This document shows, piece after piece, positions 36,747 through 49,455 of a stretch of DNA of 64,000 nt; position 1 is the first letter of the stretch, and every line of letters begins with the position of its first letter. Under the pieces are notes generated by a model. The model ran no database searches, had not been told where the DNA came from, and worked only from the letters and a program-made list of their open reading frames with translations. The stretch lies in contig NC_068985.1 in assembly GCF_001194135.2 (NCBI RefSeq), forward strand, positions 54,477,658-54,541,657. Reading direction: 5' to 3'. This stretch comes from Octopus bimaculoides (lineage: Eukaryota). The position numbers and the translations under genes were made by a program.

Positions 36747-37194
36747 TAATCAATATATTTGAACCCAAGTACTGACCTAGCTGACATCTAGTGTATATCT
36801 TTATAATAGTATGGCAACTCCAGATAACGTTGATTATAATTAATACCTCTCAGAACCACAAAATTGAATTATTAAGGAAATTAATCAATTTTCTCTTTAA
36901 ACTTCATCGTCATCATAACCATTTAATGTCTTGTTTTCTGTGTTCACATGGGTTGGACAGTTCAACAGAATCTAACATGTTAAAAGACCATGTTATATTC
37001 CAGTGTCTGGCATGGATTCTACAGCTTTATGTCTTTCCTAGTATTGTTCACTTTGCACGATGTACTGGGTACTTTTTTATGTAGCACTAGCACCAGTGAG
37101 GTCACCATGTAACTAGCTTGCAAGACTAAGATTCCCGTTAAATTTAAAGAAAGAAAAAAATTGTAACTACAAATGTGTTCTGTTTAATTTTCAG

Positions 37195-37347
37195 TATTGC
37201 TGATAATCTGTGGAATGTTTGTGAATGGACCATATGCTTTGATCACAACAGCTGTAAGTGCAGATTTAGGTACACACCAGTGTTTGGAAGGGAACACTCA
37301 GGCAATAGCTACAGTTACATCAATTATTGATGGTACCGGCAGCATGG
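37195..37347 (+). CDS. SLC37A2: SLC37A exon 11 (V-LLIICGMFVNGPYALITTAVSADLGTHQCLEGNTQAIATVTSIIDGTGSM-G)
   Basis: tttcag acceptor, G|gtaagc donor; VNGPYALITTAVSADLGTH and IIDGTGS signatures. Confidence 0.97.
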
Positions 37348-37792
37348 GTAAGCATTATTAACATCTGTTGCAGAATTCTGATAATCAAATAAAATTAGAT
37401 AAGTAAAAACATGTAACAGAAGGTGGGCAAGAAGTATTTTAACAGGCAGTCCAATTAGTACAAGGGTGTGCTAGAAAGTTCCTGGCTTTTGGTAAAAATA
37501 TAATTATGCCTACACACCATCCTCCCACACCTCCACTATCCCATGCCACTACACTCCCACATATGCATGCCTACACACATCCCAAGAAACCACAATACAT
37601 ACAAATACACACTCACACACAACTCCCCCTGTGCTCATTTCTATACATGGATATCCTCCTATACATGCACACCCCACACTACCTCCTCCTTTCCTAATTC
37701 ACCCATATAGAACCTCATTTCCAGCTGGCTGTAACCAATTTTTTTTTCTCTCCCACCACCTTTTCTCCTTTATATTTTCTTTTTCTTTTATT

Positions 37793-37828
37793 TCTTCTGA
37801 TGAAGGGCTAGCATCCAAAATATCAAGA
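37793..37828 (+). ncRNA. Minimal hammerhead-like motif (CpG-decayed)
   Basis: TCTT-CTGATGA-A-GGG-CTAGCA-TCC-AAAA-TATC-AAGA; stem I TCTT/AAGA. Confidence 0.55.
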
Positions 37829-37926
37829 TCACTCCCTTCTTTTCAAGCATTAAACTAAAACAACATTTATTAAAACTGGCCCTTCTTGGATTGTCTTCTT
37901 TTTTGACTCATTGCCATACATATATA

Positions 37927-39215
37927 CAGGGGTTGGACAAAATAATGGAAACACCTTAAAATTTCAAACAAATTTATTTTAATATGGGGTAGAACTACCT
38001 TTGGCAGTAATTACAGNNNNNNNNNNNNNNNNNNNNNNNNNNNNNNNNNNNNNNNNNNNNNNNNNNNNNNNNNNNNNNNNNNNNNNNNNNNNNNNNNNNN
38101 NNNNNNNNNNNNNNNNNNNNNNNNNNNNNNNNNNNNNNNNNNNNNNNNNNNNNNNNNNNNNNNNNNNNNNNNNNNNNNNNNNNNNNNNNNNNNNNNNNNN
38201 NNNNNNNNNNNNNNNNNNNNNNNNNNNNNNNNNNNNNNNNNNNNNNNNNNNNNNNNNNNNNNNNNNNNNNNNNNNNNNNNNNNNNNNNNNNNNNNNNNNN
38301 NNNNNNNNNNNNNNNNNNNNNNNNNNNNNNNNNNNNNNNNNNNNNNNNNNNNNNNNNNNNNNNNNNNNNNNNNNNNNNNNNNNNNNNNNNNNNNNNNNNN
38401 NNNNNNNNNNNNNNNNNNNNNNNNNNNNNNNNNNNNNNNNNNNNNNNNNNNNNNNNNNNNNNNNNNNNNNNNNNNNNNNNNNNNNNNNNNNNNNNNNNNN
38501 NNNNNNNNNNNNNNNNNNNNNNNNNNNNNNNNNNNNNNNNNNNNNNNNNNNNNNNNNNNNNNNNNNNNNNNNNNNNNNNNNNNNNNNNNNNNNNNNNNNN
38601 NNNNNNNNNNNNNNNNNNNNNNNNNNNNNNNNNNNNNNNNNNNNNNNNNNNNNNNNNNNNNNNNNNNNNNNNNNNNNNNNNNNNNNNNNNNNNNNNNNNN
38701 NNNNNNNNNNNNNNNNNNNNNNNNNNNNNNNNNNNNNNNNNNNNNNNNNNNNNNNNNNNNNNNNNNNNNNNNNNNNNNNNNNNNNNNNNNNNNNNNNNNN
38801 NNNNNNNNNNNNNNNNNNNNNNNNNNNNNNNNNNNNNNNNNNNCCAATGGTCCCTATCTGAAAGTTTTGGTTTTCTTCCAGAGTTTTGTTTCGACGAGGA
38901 GGTTTTTCCCTCTTTCACAGAGGCTGTCATTACTTTCAAGACAGTACTTCTTGATACACCAAACATTTCGGCTGTTTTCATTATGCTAGCACCTGCCTTA
39001 CGAGCACCAACGATTTGACCTCTTTGAAAGTCTGATAGATCTGTCATTTTAATGTGTTTTAATTTCCTTTTTCTGATGGTATCTGAAAAGAAACAGTAAT
39101 TTTAGCAAAACATATTAAACAACACTAATAATAAATCAAAAAACATAAAAATAAACAAGCTTTTGACGGTTTTATAGATATTTCAAAATTATGATGTATG
39201 ATGCTTGGTGTTTCC
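37927..39215 (-). mobile_element. Tc1-like transposon (most of the transposase lies in an N gap)
   Basis: TA|CAGGGGTTGGACAAAATAATGGAAACACC TIR; minus ORF MTDLSDFQRGQIVGARKAGASIMKTAEMFGVSRSTV..NSGRKPKL; only GGTGTTTCC (39207-39215) of the other TIR remains. Confidence 0.85.
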
Positions 39216-39300
39216 TCTTCCGGTCTTTTCATAATGTAACCTCGTGGGCATCGGTACCATTTTCCTCTTTCTCCGTTCTTCCATTCTCCGAACTTTCCAT

Positions 39301-39335
39301 CTTTCCGACGAAGGGCTACGCCCGAAACGTCATAC
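39301..39335 (+). ncRNA. Minimal hammerhead-like motif, Penelope type
   Basis: CCGACGA-A-GGGC-TAC-GCCC-GAAA-CGTC; U4>C substitution; poor stem I. Confidence 0.55.
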
Positions 39336-39510
39336 ACTCTCTCTTTCCTTTCCTGAGCGTCCAATAACACTATCCATATCACGTCCTCACTTTGTTGTTT
39401 TTTTGTTATTGTTTTTTGAACTTATATATATATACATACATACACACACGCACACACACACGCACACATGTATGTTCATTACACTGTACTGTATTTTATC
39501 TATTACCTAG

Positions 39511-39608
39511 GTGCTGCTCTGGGACCATTATTAACAGGGATCTTGTCACAACGGAACTGGAATTACGTCTTCTATATGCTCATTGCTGCGGATGCTTTCG
39601 CATTCCTG
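39511..39608 (+). CDS. SLC37A2: SLC37A exon 12 (G-AALGPLLTGILSQRNWNYVFYMLIAADAFAFL)
   Basis: acctag acceptor, CTG|gtgagt donor; AALGPLL.G and W..VFYMLI.AD motifs. Confidence 0.95.
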
Positions 39609-41835
39609 GTGAGTATTGTCATCACGTTCCGCTCTAATGAAAACAAACTGGCCTTAAAGTATATCCGCCAGCATATGCCCTTTAATACCACTGGACGCGT
39701 CATCTTCACTGCCTTCATTTTAATCACACTTGCTGCTATATATTTATCATATTCATCATTATCCAGGGATTTCATCACTTCTAATTGAGGTTTTGTTGTG
39801 TTATACACACACAAATACACATATACATACATATATATATATACATACATAAACACACACACACACATACATCTATTATACATACAGACACACACACACA
39901 CACATATATATGTGCAGATATATAATGTATATATACACATGTATATGCATACATATATACATACACCCACAGACATACATACATATGTGTGTGTGTGTAT
40001 GTATATACATATTTTAGCTAATCTAGACACTAAGCCTTTTTCCTTCAAATGAATCTTGTGACCAATGTTAATTGTGCCACCTGATGGGTGGAATAGATTT
40101 ATTCATCAATTTCTAGATTATATGACTTAGAATTAGGGCCTCAGCTTAGGTTTGTCATAGGCCATAGGACTCTTATAGGCAAATCTTGGTGTATAAGTGA
40201 CTGAGACTGGAACACTGAATGGGACCCCAGTTCTTCGCAGGGTTAACTTCTCAGCTGTTGCTGGAACTCAGTTTCTGCTAAGTAAACCTGATCAACACGA
40301 AATGAAATGTTTTTCTCAAGATCACAATACACCACCCAATCCAGGAATTGAAACCATGATTCACTCTAACCACTAGGCAGCATGTCTTCATGATTAAACA
40401 AGCTCTAAATTAATTCTTTAAATTCAATGGTGAAAACAAATCTATTTTAAAACAATTTCACTCCAAAAACAATTTTTCAAAGAGTTTTAACAGTTGAAAT
40501 AGTAACTGATTGATTTTTACCTAGCAACTTTCTACAAAGATAATATGTATCACCACATATTATAAAAATGCCAAAGTACTTTTGATACTATATTATAGCA
40601 TTTCTATAACTGCTAGAATACAGTTCTTTTATTTTGACTTTCTTCAGAGTCATTACTAGCAATTATTTTTTGTCATTTAATCTACCTCTGTTTTAATATT
40701 TAAAATCCCAAACATTATTTCTCATCGAAGTAAAAAAAAAAATCTGGTAGAATTTTCTACATTAATTACAACCCAGAAATAGATGAGTAAGTTGCTTGTC
40801 TTATAATGAAACTAATTTAATCCATCCATTAGTCCAACCCATGCCAGCATGGAAAACAGATTTTTCTTGAGGATGATATCTTTTCTATTTACAAAATTGG
40901 CCATATATTTAGATAAAAATGTGTAAAAAGATCTCTTTTAAAATGTGAGAAATATTTAAATGTGTAATCTCTTTCAAGAATTGAAACTTCAGAATTTAAA
41001 AACAAAAATCTCAGTATTCATATTTAACTATTTATTTTATTATATATTTAATCAATTTTATTAGATATAAAACCTACATCTATGGAAAGAAAGAATGAGG
41101 CTATCCCTTCTTTACTGTCAGCAGTATACTGATAATTCCAGTAGAATTTGATTCTCTTTCATGCTTTGGTGTCTGACAGATTTACATCTTAAAGTAATTT
41201 GCTGTTTTAAATGGGTTTTTTTAAATATTCCCATGTGATTCTTCTTTGATTAGGATCAGTTCTGTGATTACCACTTTACTGGACAACCAAAGCTTATGTG
41301 ATTATAGCATCATTATCCATGATGATGATACATATATGCACACACACATACATACATGTGACTGTGTTTATGAAGGGAGAGGGGATGCTTATGGAAGATT
41401 TTCTCATTTTTATTTGTTCCTTTTGCCTTTGTATATCATATTTATTTATTTATTTATAACATTCATATCTTGGTATATTGAAGACCTTCTAAGTTATTTC
41501 ACAACAAAGGGAGATTTTTTTTTACAACCCCTGCTTCTGTTATACTATTTAACTACAAATATTTACCATCCATACATAGATATACACATCTACATATTCA
41601 ATTAAACAAATATTCAGACAACTGCACAATGCAGTGCAAGACATGTTGCACACCTGAAAAGACTGTGATTTTTATTTTTCCAAAGTGTTTGTTGTCTTTT
41701 ACTGAAGGAATTTATGTATATTCCTTCTGTAATGAGATATGAATCAATAAGAGAATGTATCCGTATTTTGAATGATTGATAATTATATAGTTTACACATA
41801 TGTGTGTGTATATACATGATAGTTTTTATATATTC

Positions 41836-41890
<55 letters not shown>

Positions 41891-42949
41891 GTGTGTGTAG
41901 TTTATATCTTATTTAAACATACATATACATTTGTACCTCATAGTTTGCAGTAAAAATATTTGATATTTTACCTTGTTATGTTTTATTACATATAATATAT
42001 ATATATATTTGTTTTAGCAAATATTGGCTAAACTGGCAATATGACCATCCCCAAGTACAACAAAATATATATATATATATCTATATATATATATATATAA
42101 TAATATACATATACATATATATGTATATTATTACATGTGTGTGTGTGTGTGTATCTATATATGTATATTCTTTTGGGGAATCTCATGAAGCACACATAAA
42201 TCATGTAAATATTGGGTTGGAAAATCCTTCTGGATAGGAAAAGTCAAAGGCTTCCTTCGACTTTATGTATGTTATTTATATCTCTATGTAAACACTTCAA
42301 GATATTCCGGAAAAGAATTATTTCTCACTCTCTCAGAATTCTTATGAAATAACAATGTGTGTGTATGTACATTTATAGTTGTGTGAGTAATAAGTTTGTC
42401 AAGACAGTGAAATCACTGTTTCTTATTGCCTGTTTTTCATTTTTTAAAAATTTTATTTTATTTACCTATATCAAACCGTTGACAATCATATTTCATTGAT
42501 TGAAGTGTTTGCTTTACAATTATTTAATCAAGAATTTTTAATTTGGGAGGCATATTTGGTTTTGGTATATTTAGTGAAGTAGTTATATAGATTTTATTTT
42601 AAATATTCAAGAAAGTCAATGTTATGTGCCTAATTCAAATGATGTTAGCAGTAAAAATTATATATATTTTTGTATTTTGTATTGTTACATTTCATGACAC
42701 ATATATACAATGAAATGTGTGTGCGTATATATATATATATATATATATATATACTACACACACACACACACACACATATATATGCATTTCTTTCCTTTCC
42801 TGAGCCTCTGCTTATACATTACATGTACCACATACTCGCGTTGTCATTTTTTTCTGCTTGTTCTTTTTGGGATTTACTATATACACATATACATATACAT
42901 ACATACATACATACATATATATATATGTATATATATGCATATATATGTA

Positions 42950-42980
<31 letters not shown>

Positions 42981-42985
42981 GCGTG

Positions 42986-43016
<31 letters not shown>

Positions 43017-44137
43017 ATTAGTATATATATATTGTAATAATATTATATTTGTATATACACCTTGTAGTATGTTATTTAAAGCTCATTCGACTATCTGATG
43101 TCAACAACTGTATGGTGGTATATGCCACTGGATTTATTTCAGTAATTCCTTTGTGTCCATAGCGTTTATATATAAAAAATCAAAGACAGAAAGTGGAATT
43201 CATGAGACTCTTTATTCAGAACCACTACAATCGTTTCAACCCATCATGCACCAGTACCTTACAGGTGAGATACTATAGAAACAGTTATCATGCATTATAG
43301 GTGCAGATGAATTTCTTCCAGTGACTTTTCAAAAAGTACCTCATTTTTTATTTATCATTACACCTATTTCTATAGGCGTGGCTGTATTATAAGAAGCTTG
43401 CTTCCTAACCACATGGTTCTGGGTTCAGTCCCTCTGCATGGCACCTTGGGCAAGTGTCTTCTACTATAGCAATGGCCTGACCAAAGCCTTGTGAGTGGAT
43501 TTGGTAGTCAGAAACTGAAAGAAGCCCGTCACATATATATATATGTGTGTGTGTGTCTGTGTTTTGCCCCCCCCCCCACTCCGCCATCACATCTGATATT
43601 GGTGTGATTACATCCCCATAAACATAGCAGTTTGGCAAAAGAGCTCAATAGAATAAGTATTAGGCTTACAGAAAATAAGTCCTGGGGTGGATTTCTCCAA
43701 CTAGAAAGTCCTTAAAGGTGGTGCTCCAGCATGGCCACAGTCAAATGAGTGAAACAAAAGAATAAAAGAAAAATACATTTTGCTTATTATAGCATACTAT
43801 CCATCTCAATAATAAACTGAGATATAAAGGCAGAATCCTTCCCATATAAGCAATAAAATAAAATATACAAAAATAAAAGAATAGGCAATCAAAAAATTAA
43901 TAAAATAAAGTTAATGAAAAAGGAATACACTGATAATAAGACACAGTTAAATAAAAACATACAATATACATAGGCATAGGCATGGCTGTTTGGTAAGAAG
44001 CTTGCTTTTCCACCACACAGTTCCAAGTTCAGTTTCACTGCATAGCACCTTGGGCAAGCGTCTTCTACTATAGCCTTGGTCCAACCAAAGTTCTGTGTAT
44101 AGATTTGGTAGACAGAAACTGAAAGAAGCCCGTTGTA

Positions 44138-45061
44138 TGTTGGGTCATCACATAAATAATGCAGTTTTTTTTTCAATTGCATGAACTAAAAGTCAGAGGG
44201 GGACAGGATAAACTACCTGCATCAAATTGCTGTAAAAGCAGATAGTAATTTTACCATGTTTTTATCCTTAGTGCAAGTTTTGAAGAGTGCAGTTCGAATT
44301 TAACAGTTATTATTTCAAAGCTATAATGGAAGTCACAAAGGAGCATATTCAGCACATTTTGCTTTATGAGTTCAATAAAGGCAGCAATACAATGGAAAGT
44401 GCAAGGAATATTAATGCACTATATGGGGATTGGACAGTAAGCATAAGTCAGTGTCAAGGGTGGTTCCATAAATTCCAAGCCGGAAACTACAGCCTAGAAG
44501 ATGAGCCTCATCCTGGAAGATATGTAGTGCTTGATGAGGACATCCTGCAAACTCTGGTGGAACAAAATTTTGTTGTAACTGTTGAGAAACTAACGGAGAC
44601 GCTTGGATTTGGTCATTCAACCATTCATCGACATATGCACTAGATGAAAAATGACCATCTTTGGTTTCAAGATGAAAGGTGTCCTTCCATCAGGATAATG
44701 CTCAGCCATATACAAGGATGACATTCCAAAGGCTGGAACAGTTTGAATGGGAAATGATGCCCCACCCACCATATTTGCCAGACATAGCCCCATCTGATTA
44801 TCATTTATTCCGTAGTCTTCAAGATCATTTGGATGGAAAAAATATGAATTCTGTAGATGAGGTCAGAACAGTACTGGAGAAATATTTTTTGTCATGGACA
44901 AGTGAATTTTGGAAGAGTGGCCTTGCAAATCTACCAGATAGATGGAAGAGCATTCTAGAAAATCAAGGAGAGTATATTTTAGATGAAAAAAGAACTTTCT
45001 CTTCATTTTGAAAAACAAAAGAAGTATAAAAAGACTGCATTATTTATGGGATGACTCAATG
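44138..45061 (+). mobile_element. Internally deleted mariner element (Hsmar/SETMAR-like transposase), inserted in a SINE (43977-45200)
   Basis: TIRs TTGGGTCATCACATAAATAATGCAGT / ACTGCATTATTTATGGGATGACTCAA; TA at 44136-37 and 45062-63; HTH region HILLYEFNKG..WFHKF..SLEDEPHPGR, then FHQDNA..HPPYLPDIAPSDYHLF. Confidence 0.93.
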
Positions 45062-45666
45062 TATGTGTGTGTGTGTCTGCGTTTGTCCCTCTCCCCTTCC
45101 CACTGCTTGACAACTGGTGTTGGTGTGTTTGTGTCCCTGTAACTTAACAGTTCGGCAAGAGAGACTGATAGAATAAGTACCAGGCTTAAAAAATAAGTAC
45201 TTTAAAGTACCAGTTCATGATGGATCAAAATGATCATACTGGTTCTGAATAAAGAGTCTTGTGAATTCCATTTTCGGTCTTTCATATTTTTCGTATTGAA
45301 TTATATATATAATCCAAGTTGTGTCCTCATGAAGCACATCTTCATGTTCAAAACAATCAAATGTATGTATGTAGATGTTTTATTTTGAATCAGACTTATA
45401 TAGCATTTGAAATTTCTATAAAAGACTGCAAAAATTTGGTATATTTATAATTTAATTCTGTTACACATGTTTCATTACAGGATAAGAGTTACAAAGGAAT
45501 ACATGTTGAAGAAACATCTATGACTTGTTATTCATATCCCATAATGAAACATATGTAACATCAAATTAGAAATACTCTAAAATATCCCAGTCTTATGTTT
45601 TGAATTGTATATAATTATATATATGTATGTATATGTGTATGCATACATTTATCTATATGATTAAAT

Positions 45667-45720
<54 letters not shown>

Positions 45721-46039
45721 CATATATAATTAAATTTATATATATATATTTTTCCATGCACAAAATTCTCATTACACACCTGTGTTATAAAACAACATAT
45801 ATTTACACAAACAATTATAATATCTAACAAACCTTTACTAATAAACTATATATATAACCCAAATGTAGTCTGCTGTACTTGTGTGTAGGCAAACTGAATT
45901 ATTTCTTTACACCTAAAAAATTTCTGCAGTTAGTCCACTGATTTCATACCTGAAGCTCAAATATTTTTCTCAATAAATTTATTTCAAACACTGTTGAGTA
46001 TGGTTCACTAATATCAACCACATCGAACCTTTAGGTATA

Positions 46040-47960
46040 ATTAATCTCTCATTCATTCTTGTTCTACTAGCAGCAATAAAGATCCGCCACGATTGCTCAT
46101 TCTAGACAAGCTTCAAAATAGTTTCCTATGTGTGGTTCATAGTCTTCAACTCTCTACTTTTAGGTATCTGATATTCTGGGACCTTCCTCTCTTCCTTCTA
46201 TCATCCAGTAAACAGCAATCCACTCATGATGTTGTCCACTTATGATAATGGTTTTCCTGTTTCCTTGTCTATTTTGGATGAATAATTGATTGGAGATAGT
46301 GTTAAGCTTGAAGACCTACAATATTCTAATCTTATCAGTGTGGAAGACAGAGAGCTTGAGGTAGTCACTTTCATACTCCAACTCTGCTCTGATATAATTT
46401 CAGCTTGGTGTTGATGAAATGGACTGCCATATATTATTCAATCTTTTGAAGGTGTTTTTTACCTTGCTGAGACATTTCTTGATGTCTTCCATCATATCTG
46501 AGAACACTGTCGAAATAAGTGAACCTTTCTTGTGGGTAAACCTGCTCCATCTGCTGTGATTGATGAGGGATTTGAGATGTTTATTGTTACTACCACTGTC
46601 TTCTTCTGGGTGATTCTTCATTCCTAATTTACTAATGAAAGTTTCTAAACCTGTTGATTTTTTTTTTTTCTGTAGGTGCTGGTGTGTGGTGGTAGTGCTT
46701 GGGGTGGGGGTATAAGTACAAGGTCATCTGTGAAGTCAAAACCTGCCAGTGTTTTAAAGTGGGTTCATGAGATGCCTCTTGGCTGGTGTTCAGTTGTTTG
46801 CTCCATCACCCAGTCTGAATATGTTAAGCAGCAGCTAATAACATCATGAAGCTTTGCTTTACTCCAGTTGTCACTTTGATACTGTGGTCACTATTATCCA
46901 CTTTATGCATAAAGTTATTATAACCTTTTGATGTGAAGGGCAGGTTTCATGCCTCTCCTTGCATCTAATTCTGGTTGCATTTTCTGCTTAGCTAGCAGAT
47001 CTGTCCACAGAAATTCATTTGTCCACTATTACCATCATCTTCCCTTGTTCCTCAACCTCCTTCTACAGCAGTTTGCATTTCTCTCAAACACTCTTTGACT
47101 TAATCTCTAAGAACTTCTTTGTGCCTGTGATGTACCCTGTGTCTGCTCTCATCTCCCACTTTCTCCTTTTTTTTTTTTTTGTACCCCAACAAGCATCATT
47201 GGGTTTAGAACCATGTCATTCTGTTTAGTTTCTGTTTAGTGTTGACTTCATCTGGGTCTGACTGCATCTGACTTTTCATTTCAGCCAGAGCCCACAATTT
47301 GCTGTACAATAGGAGGGCAAAAGTATACTTCTTATTAAAGTTATTTCACCATGATCTCCTTAGTTTCTAGTTCAGTGTCAGCTATTGTAACCAAGTGGTT
47401 GTTGCTATGAACATTACTTCTCGTCTTCACTCTAACATTCAAGTATGACCAACTCTAGGGGCTGTTGATCATTAGAGGATTAATCTGACTTTTGTTTCTT
47501 CTGTTAGAGGAACATGAGTTCATCTTGTAAATATGATGATGTGGTAAAGAGTTAAGCCTTCAACAGACTGGCATCCCATCCAGTAATATCAAGTTCCCGC
47601 AGCCTCTCTCATTATTTATAGTGCTACAACTGTTTATTCCTATAGCTCTTTCATTATGTGTATTGCCATTGCCTACCTTTGCATTTAAGTTGTCCATTAT
47701 AAGCTTCAGATTGTGTCACAGAGTGATTTACAATTCTGTTTGTAGCTAGTCATAGAATGCTTTCTTAGTTTATTTACCAACATTGTTTGTTGAAGCATAG
47801 CATCAGATTATAGCAATATTGATCTCTTTGCCTCTTGCAGCTTTCCCTTCTTTCATTCATACATGTATCTTCCAGTGACTCGGAAAGTACATCACCTATA
47901 GTTGTGTTATTTCCCTTTGTTGCTGTTCCTGCAACAATGGTATTTTGAAAATTAGTCATG
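46040..47960 (-). mobile_element. Old RTE-clade LINE relic (endonuclease end plus RT thumb)
   Basis: Minus-strand VRVKTRSNVHSNNHLV and GSLIST..EDIKKCLSKVKNTFKRLNNIWQS; many disablements. Confidence 0.6.
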
Positions 47961-48153
47961 TGACCAATCCCTACTCAGTGTAACCAGGGGATTGCTAGTT
48001 ATCGGACCTCTACACTTTAATCTATCTGGGACTTAAACTCTTACCGGCATAACTCTCAGGGTTCCCTGGGATATGCAAACCCTATAACTATGACAAACTA
48101 CGTGGGTATACAATTATATATATAGATAGATTGATTGATTTATGTGGTTATAG

Positions 48154-48193
<40 letters not shown>

Positions 48194-48438
48194 GCACACA
48201 CATATAGTTGCATACTGGTGGTATATGCCACATAAAAAGCACCCAGCCCACTCTGTAACATGGTTGGCATTAGGAAGGGCATCCAGCCATAAAAAACATA
48301 CCAAAATAGACCTCACTAAATACTATAACCTTGGACTGACCAATGGCTTGTGAGAAAGTTTGATTCATGGAATCTGTTTTCTGAAGCATTGTCATATAAA
48401 TGTTTTTAATTATTTTTTCAAAGCCAAAAATATTGCAT

Positions 48439-48773
48439 GTTATTAAAAATTAATAATACAAGTCAATGGTTTGCACTTTCACTTGGTATTTCAATATTTT
48501 GAGATTAGGAACCCTTCTTCAGGAAATTTACAGAAGAAAGGTTTTGTTAGCTGACTTCTCTGTTCTGTAGTGTGTATCTGTGAAAAGTTGTTTTGTGTTG
48601 CTACAGTAGCAAATATAGCAACTCCAAACAACCCTTCATACATATATACAACAGAACAGAAAAGTTAGTTAATAAAACTTTCTCTCTGAAGATTTTCTGA
48701 AGAAGCGGCCCTGTCCCCAAAATATTGAAATACCAGTTAAAAGTACAAACCTTTACTATTAATTTTTAATAAC
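48439..48773. repeat. ~335-bp foldback with a hammerhead-like motif in each arm
   Basis: Arms ~165 bp, roughly 75% complementary by eye, with a very short loop near 48605-48615; motifs at 48489-48526 (-) and 48693-48730 (+). Confidence 0.85.
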
Positions 48774-49405
48774 TTGCTTTGTTTTGGTTTTATATAAAAT
48801 AACTAAAAACATTTGTGTGCATGCACACACACACATACACACACAACACCACAAAAAACTCACTGAGCCATGGACGACATTTATTGACATATCCTTGTTA
48901 ACAAATCATTCAGTAGTTCTGTGCTTTCAAAGACAATTAGAATGAGATCTCCCTTTTTTCAGAAACAAGGGTGAGCAACAGGGCGAGTATCCAGCTGTAA
49001 AAAAACAATGCTTCATTGATATGTATTCGTTGAAAAATGTAAAAGTCATCAAGAAATATTATTTCTTAGAAAGGAACATTATTTTTCCTTATGCCCATTC
49101 AATTTTTTCTAATAGGAGGATGGGGTTTAAAAGAAGTCTTGGCTATAGATATTTTAAATGTTCAAAAGAAAGTTTTAATTTGATCTAAATATTTAATCAA
49201 CATTGTAAACATGTGACAAAAATTATGTCATTAACTGTTCAAGTGGATGTTGTTAATTCCCAAAATGCAGGCACCTTGGTTTTGCAACTCCGTGGTTTCA
49301 GTTTCAGTCCCACAGTATAGCTCATCAGTGAAGTGTCTTCTATTATTATCCTGGACTGACCAATACCATGTGATGGAATTTAATAGAGGGAAACTGTGTG
49401 GAAGC

Positions 49406-49455
<50 letters not shown>

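Larger units (their letters stand above)
14791..38843. other. Seven assembly gaps (N runs): 14791-15417, 16173-16182, 22270-22330, 25678-25842, 31386-31951, 35782-36352, 38017-38843
   Basis: Directly visible. Confidence 0.99.

Noticed and set aside
14754-39047. Long ORFs in the track made of X residues
   Set aside because: Artefacts of N gaps. Only the N-terminus of 37995-39047 (Tc1 transposase) is real.
45481-45558. Acceptor-like ttacag followed by a short open frame (DKSYKGIHVEE..)
   Set aside because: No similarity to the SLC37 C-terminus, and 50977 fits much better; cannot be excluded as an alternative last exon
10820-45830. Many 60-160 aa ORFs rich in YI/HT/CV/RE repeats
   Set aside because: Translations of (AT)n, (AC)n and (AG)n microsatellites
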